64,000 bases of DNA from Alphaproteobacteria bacterium. Lineage in GTDB: Bacteria > Pseudomonadota > Alphaproteobacteria > Bin95. The notes beneath the pieces are model-generated. The model ran no database searches. It saw only the letters and a program-made list of their open reading frames with translations, and was not told the DNA's origin. How positions within the stretch are numbered: the stretch's first letter is position 1; every line of letters starts with the position of its first letter. Location of the stretch: contig CAXXWS020000002.1 of assembly GCA_963665325.3 (NCBI GenBank), forward strand, positions 544,001 through 608,000, written 5' to 3'. Both the position numbers and the translations under genes were made by a program. Positions 9,806 through 20,568 of the stretch are shown piece by piece.

Positions 9806-12800
9806 ATGGCGGGTCTGGCGAGAGAGTGGATCGAGGCTGGCGCAGAGCTTCCGGTCGTTGCCGATACCGAGGCGGCGCAAACCTGCTGGCAGCGCTGGCG
9901 CGAGGCGGCGGACGAGGCGGGCGACGATGCCCTGCGTGCCTTCATGCTGGCGGCGGAGGGCGACGCGACTGCCGGGCGGCTGCTCTCCTCGGTGTTCGCG
10001 AACAGCCCCTATCTCAGCCACAGCCTGATCTCCGATCCCGGTTTCGCCCGGCTGGCGCTGGAGGCCGGACCGGACGCGGGCTACCGGGCGGCGTATGACG
10101 AGGCTGCCGATCGGGCCGGCTTCGCAGGGGAATCGACAGCGGACATCATGCTCCGCCTGCGCCGGGCCAAGAGGCGCGCGGCGCTCGTCATCGCCCTGGC
10201 CGACATCGCGTCCGCCTGGCCGCTGGAGAAGGTGACCGGCGCGCTTTCCGAATTTGCCAACGCCACGCTGGGCGCCGCCTTCCGGCATTTGCTTCGCGGA
10301 CTGCACGAGGCGGGCGAGCTGGCCTTGCCGGACCCCGAGGATCCGGAGCGCGGCTCGGGACTGTTCGCGCTCGGCATGGGCAAGCTCGGTGCCTCGGAAC
10401 TCAACTATTCCAGCGATATCGACTTGATCCTGTTCTACGACCAGGATCGGGCGCCCTATATCGGCAGGCGTGGCATCCAGCCTGCCTTTGCGCGGTTGGC
10501 GCAGGGCCTGGTGCGAATCATGGGCCAGCAGACTGCCCAGGGCTACGTGTTCCGCACCGATCTGCGGCTGCGCCCCGACCCGGGATCGACGCCGCCTGCC
10601 GTCTCGGTACGCTCCGCTGAGGTGTACTACCGCACTGCCGGGCGCAACTGGGAGCGGGCGGCGATGATCAAGGCGCGGCCGGTCGCCGGCGATATCGAGG
10701 CGGGGGAAGCGTTCCTGGAGGTGTTGCAGCCCTTCATCTGGCGCCGCCATCTCGACTTCGCCGCAGCGCAGGACATCCGGGCGATCAAGGAGCAGATCGA
10801 CACCGCGCGCGGCGCGGGCGGGGAGGGACTGGAAGGGCACAATGTCAAGCTCGGCCGCGGCAGCATCCGCGAGATCGAGTTCTTCGTGCAGGCGCAACAA
10901 CTCCTCTGGGGCGGGCGCAACCCGGACCTTCGCAGGCGCGGCACACTGGAATCTCTGGAGGCGCTGGTGTCGGCAGGCCATGTCGATTCCGGCGCGGCGG
11001 TGGAGCTTCAGGCGGCCTACGGCTTCCAGCGCAGCGTTGAGCACCGTCTGCAAATGGTGGATGACCGGCAGACCCACAGCCTGCCTGACAGCGGGGACGG
11101 CATTGCGGGCATCGGGGCGTTCATGGCCTTCCCTTCCGCGGGTGCGTTCGGGGACCGGCTCAACGGGCATATCGCGGCGGTGGAACGCCACTATGGAGCA
11201 TTGTTCGAAGACCCGCTGGCTGTGACGGACGCCGAAGGAGTGGACTTCTCGGCGGAGGGCGAGGGGGAAACGGCGCTTGCAGGCATGGGCTATGCCGATG
11301 CTGGGCAGGCCGCGGCAACGGTCCGCCGCTGGCTGGCTGGCGGCGCGCCGGTATTGCGAAGCGAAGAGGCGTGCGGGCTGCTCGCGAGGTTGTTGCCCGG
11401 GATTCTGGCGGCGTTCTCGGCCGCGCCCGACCCCGACGCAGCCTTGTCGCGGTTCGACCGGTTCCTCGCCGGACTGCCGGCCGACCGGCGGCTGCTCTCC
11501 CTGCTGGCGGCGCGGCCCGAATTGCTGGGCATCGTGACGGATGTCGCCGGTTCCGCACCCCTGCTCGCCGGCTGGCTCACCCGCCGCCCGCTGCTGCTGG
11601 AGAGCGCGCTCAGCCGCGATTTCACCGATCTTGACCTGCCGGACGAGGAGGGCCTCGAGCCGGAGATCGCGGAGGCGGCCCGCCGGGGGCTGGTGCGGCT
11701 CTTCTATGCGCGGGAGTTCGGCCGGCCGGAAATGCAGGCGGAGCTGGAAGCTGCGGCCGGCCGCGCGGGCGACCTTATGGATTTGCTCGACTCCGTCAGG
11801 CGTTGGGCCAATGACCGGTTGTTCCAGATCGGGACCCATATATTGCGCGGACGCCTCTCGCCGGAGGAGGCGGGGTCGCCGCTTTCCGAAATCGCTGATG
11901 CTTGTATCGGGGCGCTGGCGCCGGCGGTGCAGGAAGTGTTCGCGGCCGTCCATGGGCGCGTGCCGGGCGGCAGAGCGGCGGTGCTGGCCTTCGGCGACCT
12001 CGGCAGCCGCGAAATGACGCTGAACTCCGATCTCGATCTCATGCTGCTCTACGATTTTGAGGGAAGCGAGTCGGACGGCTCCCGGCCGCTGGACGCCGAC
12101 ACCTACTATGCGAGGTTTTGCCGGCGCCTGACGGCTGCTCTGACTGCCGAGACCGCCGAAGGCGGCCTTTACCGCATCGACATGCGGCCGCGCGAGACGG
12201 GCAGCAGCGGTCCGCTGGCCTGCTCTCTGCCGGCTTTCCTGGACTATCCGCACGACCGCGCCGAAGCGCCGGAACTGGCGGCGCTCCGGCGCGCGCGGGT
12301 CGTCTGGTCCGAGGACGGACTGGGAGAGCGTTTCGAAGAGGCGAAGCGGGCCGTGCTCGCTGCGCCCCAGCCGGCGGGTCCGCTGGCGGCTGGGCTTGTC
12401 CCGGTGCGGGGACGAAAGGACGAGGCCGGGGACGACCTCTGGGCCATCGAGCACATGGCCGGCGGCCTGCGCGACGTGGCTGCCGCCGCCGACTTCCTCC
12501 GATTGCTCCACGCCGCCGAACGGCCGTCCATCCTCCACGGCGACGCGCCGGCGGTCTTCCGGGCGGCGCAGGCGCTGGGCTCCATCGGAGCCGGTGCGGC
12601 GGAGGACCTTGAAGAGGCCGCGCACCTCTGGCGTAACCTCTGGGGCCTGGCGCAGCTGGCCGTGGACGGGAACCTCGTCGGCGAAGCCGCAGGACCGGAG
12701 CTGATGAGCGTGATCGGCCGGTCGGGCGGGAAGCTTGTCGTCGAGGCATTGAGCGATTCGGTACAGGATATCGCGGCCCGCGCCGCCGGGCATGTCGACG

Positions 12801-12835
12801 GGATACTGGGCCCCGCCCGGACGGGAGGACCGTGA
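9806..12835 (+). CDS. glnE: Glutamine synthetase adenylyltransferase/adenylyl-removing enzyme with a divergent C-terminal domain
   Basis: N-domain GMGKLGASELNYSSDIDL, DLRLRPDP, WERAAMIKAR, NVKLGRGSIREIEF. Second domain GDLGSREMTLNSDLDL. Start codon chosen by eye. Confidence 0.9.
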   Translation: MAGLAREWIEAGAELPVVADTEAAQTCWQRWREAADEAGDDALRAFMLAAEGDATAGRLLSSVFANSPYLSHSLISDPGFARLALEAGPDAGYRAAYDEAADRAGFAGESTADIMLRLRRAKRRAALVIALADIASAWPLEKVTGALSEFANATLGAAFRHLLRGLHEAGELALPDPEDPERGSGLFALGMGKLGASELNYSSDIDLILFYDQDRAPYIGRRGIQPAFARLAQGLVRIMGQQTAQGYVFRTDLRLRPDPGSTPPAVSVRSAEVYYRTAGRNWERAAMIKARPVAGDIEAGEAFLEVLQPFIWRRHLDFAAAQDIRAIKEQIDTARGAGGEGLEGHNVKLGRGSIREIEFFVQAQQLLWGGRNPDLRRRGTLESLEALVSAGHVDSGAAVELQAAYGFQRSVEHRLQMVDDRQTHSLPDSGDGIAGIGAFMAFPSAGAFGDRLNGHIAAVERHYGALFEDPLAVTDAEGVDFSAEGEGETALAGMGYADAGQAAATVRRWLAGGAPVLRSEEACGLLARLLPGILAAFSAAPDPDAALSRFDRFLAGLPADRRLLSLLAARPELLGIVTDVAGSAPLLAGWLTRRPLLLESALSRDFTDLDLPDEEGLEPEIAEAARRGLVRLFYAREFGRPEMQAELEAAAGRAGDLMDLLDSVRRWANDRLFQIGTHILRGRLSPEEAGSPLSEIADACIGALAPAVQEVFAAVHGRVPGGRAAVLAFGDLGSREMTLNSDLDLMLLYDFEGSESDGSRPLDADTYYARFCRRLTAALTAETAEGGLYRIDMRPRETGSSGPLACSLPAFLDYPHDRAEAPELAALRRARVVWSEDGLGERFEEAKRAVLAAPQPAGPLAAGLVPVRGRKDEAGDDLWAIEHMAGGLRDVAAAADFLRLLHAAERPSILHGDAPAVFRAAQALGSIGAGAAEDLEEAAHLWRNLWGLAQLAVDGNLVGEAAGPELMSVIGRSGGKLVVEALSDSVQDIAARAAGHVDGILGPARTGGP

Positions 12836-14121
12836 TGCTGTGCCGGACCGGTTTCGGGCTGGCGCTGGCGGTGTGTCCGCTGCCGGCCCTGGCGGAGGCC
12901 GGAACCGTGAGTGCCGGCGATACGGCATGGATGATCGCCGCAAGCGCTCTTGTCCTGCTGATGACCCTGCCGGGCCTCGCCATGTTTTATGCAGGCCAGG
13001 TGCGCGCGCAGGCCGTGCTATCGGTCGTCATGCAGTGCCTGGCCGTCGCCTGCCTCTCGAGTGTGCTCTGGCTCGCGGGCGGCTACAGCCTTGCATTCGG
13101 AGACAGCCTGGGCGGGCTCGTCGGCAGCCTCGACAGGATTTTCTTCGCGGGCATCGGGCGGGATGCGGTCAGGGGCACGATTCCGGAGATTGTCTTCGCC
13201 GTTTTCCAGATGACCTTCGCGATCGTCGCACCCGCAATCATGATCGGCGCCTGGGTGGAGCGGATACGTTTCCCGGTCGTACTGATCGTAAGCGGGGCCT
13301 GGCTGCTGCTGGTCTATGCGCCGGTCTGCCACTGGGTGCGGGGCGGCGGCTGGCTGGCGGGACTCGGCGTCGCGGATTTCGCCGGTGGACTCGTCGTCCA
13401 CGTCAGTGCGGGCGTTTCGGCTCTCACGATTGCGAAACTCCTTGGCGCCCGGCAGGGCTTCCCCGGCAATATCCATCCGCCGCACAATCCCGGCATGACG
13501 GCTGTCGGCGCGGCGCTGCTCTGGGTCGGCTGGTTCGGTTTCAACGGCGGCAGCGCGTTGGCGGCCGACGCCACGGCCGGCATGGCGGTTGCGGCGACGC
13601 ATATTGCCGCGGCGACGGCCGCCATGACCTGGGCGGCGATCGAGTGGATCAGGTTCGGCAAGGCCTCGCTCGTCGGGGCGGTGACGGGCATGATTGCCGG
13701 CCTCGCCGCGGTGACGCCGGCGTCCGGCTTCATCGAGCCCGCAGGCGCGTTGGTGCTGGGCGCGGTTGCTGGAGCCGCCTGTTTCGCGGCGACGGAAGCA
13801 GTCAGGAAGTCATTGAAAATCGATGATTCTCTGGGTGTATTCGCCGTGCACGGAGTGGGCGGTGCGGCCGGCGCACTGCTGGTTGCCGTCCTGGTGACGG
13901 ATGCGCTCGGTGGTCCGGGCCTGGGTGAGGGAGCGACCGCCGGTGGCCGAATCGCCGTGCAGGCGGCGGGTGTGCTGGGGGTCGCCGCTTGGGCGGTCGT
14001 CGCGACCTTCGTCATCGTCAAGGCCGCCGAAGCGTTGGTCGGCGGCCTGACAGTGGACAAGGAAGATGAACTGGTGGGTCTTGACCTTGCCGCCCACGGC
14101 GAACGGGGCTACGACCTTTAG
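12832..14121 (+). CDS. amtB: Ammonium transporter (Amt family)
   Basis: FQMTFA, DFAGGLVVH, GWFGFNGGS and VFAVHG motifs; C-terminal GLDLAAHGERGY. Confidence 0.92.
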   Translation: MMLCRTGFGLALAVCPLPALAEAGTVSAGDTAWMIAASALVLLMTLPGLAMFYAGQVRAQAVLSVVMQCLAVACLSSVLWLAGGYSLAFGDSLGGLVGSLDRIFFAGIGRDAVRGTIPEIVFAVFQMTFAIVAPAIMIGAWVERIRFPVVLIVSGAWLLLVYAPVCHWVRGGGWLAGLGVADFAGGLVVHVSAGVSALTIAKLLGARQGFPGNIHPPHNPGMTAVGAALLWVGWFGFNGGSALAADATAGMAVAATHIAAATAAMTWAAIEWIRFGKASLVGAVTGMIAGLAAVTPASGFIEPAGALVLGAVAGAACFAATEAVRKSLKIDDSLGVFAVHGVGGAAGALLVAVLVTDALGGPGLGEGATAGGRIAVQAAGVLGVAAWAVVATFVIVKAAEALVGGLTVDKEDELVGLDLAAHGERGYDL

Positions 14122-14252
14122 CCAAGGGTGAGTACAGTTACCGAAGGCTATGTCGGGCGGCGGGATCGTGCAAGAATAGGGCAAACAGCGCCTGAGATGG
14201 GCGAAACAGGTGCTTGGGCCGCGCTGGACGCCGCCGGACACGGACAGGAGGA

Positions 14253-14597
14253 ATGAGAATGGAAGTCAGGATGGAACGGCGCGAGGGCGCTCTGCTTGCG
14301 GTGCCGGAAGGCCGCATCGACAGTGCGACGGCCCGTGATTTCGAGAGCAAGATGAAAGCGGCGATCCAGGACGACGACCGTGCCGTCGTCGTGAACCTGT
14401 CCCAGCTTTCCTATATCAGCAGTGCCGGTCTTCGCGCGGTGCTCGTGATCGCCAAGGGTCTCTGGAGGCGGGATGCGAGCTTCGCGCTCTGCGCGCTTCC
14501 CGACACCGTCCGGGAGATCGTCCAGCTTTCCGGTTTCGACAAGATCATCCAGATTCACGGGTCCGAGGTCGAGGCGCTCGACGCGGTCGGGAACTGA
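14253..14597 (+). CDS. STAS domain anti-sigma-factor antagonist
   Basis: GRIDSATA, LSYISSAGLR and SGFDKI motifs; AGGAGG RBS. Confidence 0.9.
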   Translation: MRMEVRMERREGALLAVPEGRIDSATARDFESKMKAAIQDDDRAVVVNLSQLSYISSAGLRAVLVIAKGLWRRDASFALCALPDTVREIVQLSGFDKIIQIHGSEVEALDAVGN

Positions 14598-14821
14598 CGG
14601 GCGGATCGCGGACCGATCCGGCGCCCGACGGATTCGGCGCAGCAATCCTTCCAACTGCCGCACCGCGGTAAACTTCTATTGAGAGGCGGCGCAGCGGGTT
14701 TCGCAACCGTTGCGCCGCAGTATTTGGAACAGGGTGCGAAGGCGGCCCGGCTGTCCGATACCGGGAGCGGGCGCTGCGGCTCCGGTCTATACTGCCCGCT
14801 CCGAAGCAACGGAAATGCGCG

Positions 14822-15691
14822 ATGACCGGCCTCTGCGCCTTCTTCCCGACCAGGGATTTCGGCTCCGATTTCGCTGCCATCCGGGACTGGGCCCAGGCAG
14901 CGGAGGATCTGGGCTACGACTGGATTACGGTTCCCGACCATGTGCTCGGTGCGGACCCGGCCACGCGCGACGGCTGGAAGCCGCCCTACACCCACCTGGA
15001 CCAGTTCCACGAGACCTTCGTCACGATGGGCTATCTGGCGGCCTGCACGACGCGAATCGGGCTGGCCTCTGGCGTGTTGATTCTGCCGCAACGCCAGACG
15101 GCGCTCGTCGCCAAGCAGGCGGCCGAGGTGGATATCCTGTCCGGCGGGCGCCTTAGGCTCGGCATCGGTACCGGTTGGAACTTCGTCGAATACGAGGCAC
15201 TGAACGAGGACTGGGAAACGCGCGGCGCCCGGCAGGCGGAGCAGGTGGCGCTGATGCGCCGGCTCTGGACGGAGGACCTGGTGACGACCGAGGGACGCTG
15301 GCACGGCTTTGCCGACGCCGGGCTCAATCCGTTGCCGCCCCAACGCCCGATCCCGGTCTGGTTCGGCGGCACGCATCCGGCCGTGCTGCGCCGCGCGGCA
15401 AAGATGGGCGACGGGTGGATTCCCATCGCCCGCCCGGACGACGCCGGCAAGCGGCTGGTCGAGACGCTTCACGGTCTGCTGGAGGCGGAGGGGCGCGATC
15501 CGGCTTCGTTCGGCATCGACGCCTGGCTGCGCGCTTCCTCGCCCGACGTGCAGAAATGGGCTGCTGCTGCCGAGGGCTGGCGGGCGCTCGGCGCAAGCCT
15601 GCTGACGCTCTACCCGCTCTACCGGGTGGAGTCGGTGGACGAACGCATCCAGGCGCTTGCGCGCTTCAAGGAGGCGGCCGGCGCTTGCTGA
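14822..15691 (+). CDS. LLM class (F420-dependent-type) oxidoreductase
   Basis: AEDLGYDWITVPDHV, LSGGRLRLGIGTGWN and PIPVWFGG motifs. Confidence 0.85.
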   Translation: MTGLCAFFPTRDFGSDFAAIRDWAQAAEDLGYDWITVPDHVLGADPATRDGWKPPYTHLDQFHETFVTMGYLAACTTRIGLASGVLILPQRQTALVAKQAAEVDILSGGRLRLGIGTGWNFVEYEALNEDWETRGARQAEQVALMRRLWTEDLVTTEGRWHGFADAGLNPLPPQRPIPVWFGGTHPAVLRRAAKMGDGWIPIARPDDAGKRLVETLHGLLEAEGRDPASFGIDAWLRASSPDVQKWAAAAEGWRALGASLLTLYPLYRVESVDERIQALARFKEAAGAC

Positions 15692-16812
15692 CGATCTCCG
15701 GCGGACAGGTCCTGTCGCCGGAAGGCGGCTTCGAGCGGGGCGATCTTGCCGTCGCCGACGGGCGCATTGCGGCCGCCGGCAGCGGCGGAGGCGAGGTTCT
15801 CGACGCCTCCGGGCTTCTGGTCCTGCCGGGAATCGTGGATATCCACGGCGACGCCTTCGAACGCCAGATCATGCCGCGCCCGGGCGTCCATTTCCCGCTG
15901 GACGTGGCGCTGCTGGACACCGACCGGCAGATGGCCGCCAACGGCATCACCACGGCTTACCACGCCGTCACATGGTCGTGGGAACCGGGACTGCGCGGGC
16001 GCGGCACGCTGGTGGCGCTGATGAATGCGCTGGAGGCGCTGGAAGGCCGCCTCGTCGTGGACACCCGCCTGCACCTGCGCATCGAGACCTACAATCTGGG
16101 CGCGGTGGACGAGCTTTGCGAGTGGATGGGAGCGGGGAAAGTCGATCTCCTCGCCTTCAACGACCATTTCGAGGAGATCTACGAGCAGTGCCGCGACGGC
16201 GAAAAGATCGGGAAATACGCAGAGCGCGCGGGGCTCGCGCACGACGCCTTTCTTGACCTTCTGGAGGAGGTGCGAAAGGGAGTGCCCGAGGTGCCGGCGG
16301 CCATGCGGCGGGTCGCAGCGGCGGCGGAAGCGGCGGGCGTCGTCCGGCTCGCCCATGACGAGGAGACGCTCGAAGACCGGAGCCTTTATCGCAGCCTGGG
16401 CGCGCTGATTTCCGAGTTTCCGGAGATTGTGCCGGTGGCGCGCGAGGCGGCTGCGGCAGGGGAGGACGTCGTGTTCGGGGCGCCGAATGTGCTGCGGGGC
16501 GGCAGCCACGCCGGCTGTCCCGGAGCGGCTGACATGGTCCGCGAGGGCTTCTGCACAGTGCTGGCCTCGGACTACTACTATCCCGCCCTGCTGCTGGCGC
16601 CGTTCCGGCTGGCGGAGCAGGGCATCCTCAAGCTGGAGGAGGCCTGGCCGCTGGTCTCCGCAAACCCGGCCCGCGCGGCGGGCTTGGCCGACCGGGGTGC
16701 GCTCGTCGAGGACGCACGGGCGGACATCTTGCTCGTCGATCCCTCCGGCCCCGTGCCCCGCCCCGCCGCCATGCTCGCCGGAGGCAGGCTGCTGCGCTTC
16801 GGGATCGGCTGA
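15685..16812 (+). CDS. phnM: Alpha-D-ribose 1-methylphosphonate 5-triphosphate diphosphatase-like amidohydrolase
   Basis: PGIVDIHGDAFE, GITTAYHA, GAPNVLRGGSH and LASDYY motifs; TTG start after AAGGAGG. Confidence 0.8.
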   Translation: MLTISGGQVLSPEGGFERGDLAVADGRIAAAGSGGGEVLDASGLLVLPGIVDIHGDAFERQIMPRPGVHFPLDVALLDTDRQMAANGITTAYHAVTWSWEPGLRGRGTLVALMNALEALEGRLVVDTRLHLRIETYNLGAVDELCEWMGAGKVDLLAFNDHFEEIYEQCRDGEKIGKYAERAGLAHDAFLDLLEEVRKGVPEVPAAMRRVAAAAEAAGVVRLAHDEETLEDRSLYRSLGALISEFPEIVPVAREAAAAGEDVVFGAPNVLRGGSHAGCPGAADMVREGFCTVLASDYYYPALLLAPFRLAEQGILKLEEAWPLVSANPARAAGLADRGALVEDARADILLVDPSGPVPRPAAMLAGGRLLRFGIG

Positions 16813-16971
16813 CGATTCGGTTCAAGAAACGATCTGCCCCCGTCCTGCCGGCGGCGCCGGCAGCTTGAGCCCGGCCTCTCGGTATTCGGGGCCGGCATGG
16901 CTGGCGCAGGGGCTTGCGGCCGGTGGCCAAGGCTTGCTTGACTGACAGCTGACCCTTGCCGGAGACCTCGA

Positions 16972-18501
16972 ATGAATCTGGCCGCATTGATGATCCGTGC
17001 AGCCCGCGCCAGGCCGGACAGCCTTGCGCTGGCGCGCGGGCTCGAACCGCACTCCGACTACCGCACGCTTGCCGACCGCTCAGCCGCTATCGCCGGCTCC
17101 CTGCGCGCCGCCGGCCTGCAGCCCGGAGACCGTGTGGCGATCGCGATGAAGAACTGCCCGGAATTCATCGAACTGCTTTACGGCATCTGGCATGCGGGCC
17201 TCTGCGCCGTACCGGTCAATGCCCGGCTGCACCCGGCGGAGTTCGCCTACATCTTCGAGAACTCCGGCGCTCGGGTCGTGGCCGTCACGCCGGACCTAGC
17301 GGACGCGCTGGCCCCGGTCTGCGACGGCCTGCCCGAGGTGGAACGCATGCTCGTCGTCGGGGAGGCGGAGTTCCGGGCCCTCTACGACGGCGAGCGGATC
17401 GGCCTCGCCGATGTCGCGCCGACGGACAATGCGTGGCTGTTCTACACCAGCGGCACGACCGGCCGGCCAAAGGGTGCCGCGCTCTCGCACCGCAACCTGA
17501 TGCACTGCACGCTCGGCTATTTCTCCGACGTGGACGACATCTCCGAGGGCGATGCCGTGCTGCATCCCGCGCCGCTCAGCCATGCATCCGGCTGCTACAG
17601 CATCCCCTATGTCGTCCGCGCCAGCCCCCAGGTGGTGCCCCACGGGGGTTTCGACCCGGAAGAGATTTTCGAGCTGATCCGGCACTACAGGGGCAGCAGC
17701 TTCTTCGCGGCGCCGACCATGGTGAAGCGCCTGATCGACCACCCGGCGGCTGCGAGCGCGGACGTCGCCAACCTGCGCTCGATCATTTACGGCGGCGGGC
17801 CGATGTATGTGGCGGACGCCAAGCGCGCCTTCGAGCTCTGGGGACCGAAGCTCATCCAGATCTATGGGCAGGGCGAGTGCCCGATGACGATCACGAGCCT
17901 GCGCCGGGAAGAGATCGCGGATGTGGACCATCCCCGCTACGAGGAGCGGCTCGCCTCGACCGGGCGGGCTTTCTCCAACGTCGAGGTGCGGGTCGCCGAC
18001 GCGGACGAACGCGCCCTGCCGGCAGGCGAGATCGGCGAAATCCAGGTGCGCGGCGAGGTCGTGATGAACGGCTACTGGAACAATCCGGAAGCCACGGAAG
18101 CGGCGCTCAGGGGCGGCTGGCTGCATACGGGCGATGTCGGAATCATCGACGAAGAAGGCTATGTGACGCTCAAGGACCGCTCGAAGGACATGATCATCTC
18201 GGGCGGCACCAACATCTATCCGCGCGAGATCGAGGAGGTGCTGCTGACCCATTCCGGCGTGAGCGAGGTCGCGGTCATCGGCCGGCCCGACCCGGAATGG
18301 GGCGAAAGCGTCATCGCCTATGTCGTCGCCGCAGGGGATACGCCCGCGCAGGATTCGCTCGACCGGCACTGCCTGGACCATATGGCCCGCTTCAAGCGTC
18401 CCAAGGCCTACCGCTTCGTCGAGGCGTTGCCGAAAAACAACTACGGCAAGGTCGTGAAGACGGAAATCCGGGACCTGGAGGCTGCACAGCCGGCCCCCTG
18501 A
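16972..18501 (+). CDS. AMP-binding acyl-CoA synthetase
   Basis: FYTSGTTGRPKG, YGQGE, LHTGD, DRSKDMIISGG and PKNNYGK motifs. Confidence 0.92.
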   Translation: MNLAALMIRAARARPDSLALARGLEPHSDYRTLADRSAAIAGSLRAAGLQPGDRVAIAMKNCPEFIELLYGIWHAGLCAVPVNARLHPAEFAYIFENSGARVVAVTPDLADALAPVCDGLPEVERMLVVGEAEFRALYDGERIGLADVAPTDNAWLFYTSGTTGRPKGAALSHRNLMHCTLGYFSDVDDISEGDAVLHPAPLSHASGCYSIPYVVRASPQVVPHGGFDPEEIFELIRHYRGSSFFAAPTMVKRLIDHPAAASADVANLRSIIYGGGPMYVADAKRAFELWGPKLIQIYGQGECPMTITSLRREEIADVDHPRYEERLASTGRAFSNVEVRVADADERALPAGEIGEIQVRGEVVMNGYWNNPEATEAALRGGWLHTGDVGIIDEEGYVTLKDRSKDMIISGGTNIYPREIEEVLLTHSGVSEVAVIGRPDPEWGESVIAYVVAAGDTPAQDSLDRHCLDHMARFKRPKAYRFVEALPKNNYGKVVKTEIRDLEAAQPAP

Positions 18502-18518
18502 TCCTGCTCCTGAAACGA

Positions 18519-18544
18519 CGAAGCCCCGCCGGGGCGGGGCTTCG
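18519..18544. terminator. Probable bidirectional intrinsic terminator
   Basis: CGAAGCCCCGCC/GGCGGGGCTTCG stem between convergent genes. Confidence 0.7.
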
Positions 18545-18568
18545 CGCTTGCCGGAGCCTGCTGTCGGG

Positions 18569-19990
18569 TCAGACGCTGTAATACATCTTGAACTCGACCG
18601 GATGCGGGGTGTGCTCGAGGGCGTAGACCTCGTTCCACTTGAGGTCGATATAGCCGTCGATCAGGTCGTCGGAGAACACGTCGCCCCGCGTCAGGAAGGA
18701 CCGGTCGGCGTCCAGGCTCTCGAGCGCCTCGCGCAGCGAACCGCACACGGTCGGCACGCCTTCCAGCTCTTCCGGCGGCAGGTCGTAGAGGTTCTTGTCC
18801 ATCGGCTCGCCCGGATGGATCTTGTTGATAACCCCGTCGATGCCGGCCATCAGCATGGCCGCGAAGGCGAGATAGGGGTTGGCGCCCGGATCGGGGAACC
18901 GCACCTCGACGCGCTTGCCGTTCGGGCTCGCAACATAGGGGATGCGGCAGGAGGCCGAGCGGTTGCGGCTCGAATAGGCCAGCAGCACCGGCGCTTCGAA
19001 GCCCGGAATCAGCCGCTTGTAGGAGTTGGTCAGCGGGTTGGAGAAGGCGTTGATGGCCTTCGCATGCCGGATGATGCCGCCGATATAGTGCAGCGCGAAC
19101 TCCGAGAGGTCCGCATAGCCGTGGCCGGCGAACAGCGGCTGGCCGTCCTTCCACACCGACTGGTGCACATGCATGCCGGAGCCGTTGTCGTCCATTACCG
19201 GCTTGGGCATGAAGGTCGCGGTCTTGCCATAGCTGTGCGCGACCATATGCGTCACGTATTTGTAGATCTGCAGGGAGTCGGCAGCCCCGACCAGAGTGCC
19301 GAACTTCAGGCCGAGCTCATGCTGGGAGGGCGCCACCTCATGGTGGTGCTTCTCCATGTCGAGGCCCATTTCGGCCATGGTGGACACCATCTCGGAGCGC
19401 ATGTCCTGGCCGCTGTCCACGGGTGCGACGGGGAAGTAGCCGCCCTTCACGTCCGGCCGGTGGCCGGGATTGCCCTCGTCGAACTTCGAGCCGGAGTTGT
19501 AGGGCCCCTCGTCGCTGTCCAGCATGTAGAAGGTCTTGTTCATCGAGACGTCGAAGCGCACGTCGTCGAACACGAAGAACTCGGCTTCCGGACCGAAATA
19601 GGCGGTATCGCCAATGCCGGCTTCCTGGATGTAGGCCTCGGCCTTCTTGGCGACCGAACGCGGGCAGCGCTCATAGGACATGCCCGTGGAAGGCTCGTGC
19701 ACGTCGCAGAACATCACCATCGTGTTCTCTGCCATGAACGGGTCCATGACCGCCGTGGTCGGGTCCGGCATCAGGATCATGTCGGACTCGTTGATGTCCT
19801 TCCAGCCCGCGATCGAGGATCCGTCGAAGAAGAAGCCGTCCACGAAGACGTCCTCGTCCATGGTCGTCATATACTGGGCGGTGTGCTGCCACTTGCCGCG
19901 CGGATCGGTGAAGCGCAGGTCCACATGGCGGACATCGTTATCCTGGATTGCCCTGAGCACGTCCTCGGGCGTCTTGCAGTTGAGCGACAT
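18569..19990 (-). CDS. glnA: Glutamine synthetase type I
   Basis: [22 protein letters not shown] and EVRFPD motifs; adenylylation site KNLYDLP. Confidence 0.98.
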   Translation of the reverse strand: MSLNCKTPEDVLRAIQDNDVRHVDLRFTDPRGKWQHTAQYMTTMDEDVFVDGFFFDGSSIAGWKDINESDMILMPDPTTAVMDPFMAENTMVMFCDVHEPSTGMSYERCPRSVAKKAEAYIQEAGIGDTAYFGPEAEFFVFDDVRFDVSMNKTFYMLDSDEGPYNSGSKFDEGNPGHRPDVKGGYFPVAPVDSGQDMRSEMVSTMAEMGLDMEKHHHEVAPSQHELGLKFGTLVGAADSLQIYKYVTHMVAHSYGKTATFMPKPVMDDNGSGMHVHQSVWKDGQPLFAGHGYADLSEFALHYIGGIIRHAKAINAFSNPLTNSYKRLIPGFEAPVLLAYSSRNRSASCRIPYVASPNGKRVEVRFPDPGANPYLAFAAMLMAGIDGVINKIHPGEPMDKNLYDLPPEELEGVPTVCGSLREALESLDADRSFLTRGDVFSDDLIDGYIDLKWNEVYALEHTPHPVEFKMYYSV

Positions 19991-20048
19991 GAGATAGAGG
20001 CTCCCTCTCTTTTCCGGACGGCGTTCCCGCCGAGTTCCCTGAATGGCG

Positions 20049-20474
<426 letters not shown>

Positions 20475-20507
20475 TCAACGGTTTTTCGACCATCGGGCAT
20501 CGGTATT

Positions 20508-20543
20508 TGCACATATTTGCGCCAAATGCCGATTATGTGGGCG
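20508..20543. promoter_or_regulatory. Two putative NtrC binding sites
   Basis: TGCACATATTTGCGCCA and TGCCGATTATGTGGGCG, 17-bp imperfect dyads upstream of the sigma54 promoter. Confidence 0.55.
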
Positions 20544-20568
20544 AATGAAATGCCTGCCGAACGGGCGG

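Noticed and set aside
6952-12943. Very long antisense ORFs (6952-9945, 9596-12943; also 54560-58585)
   Set aside because: They are shadow frames of well-supported genes in high-GC DNA and carry no recognisable motifs.
14682-14720. Hairpin GCGGCGCAGCGG...CCGTTGCGCCGC as a small RNA or third copy of the dispersed element
   Set aside because: It lacks the 47-bp core and the phased GTCATG boxes. A single hairpin in GC-rich intergenic DNA is not enough evidence.
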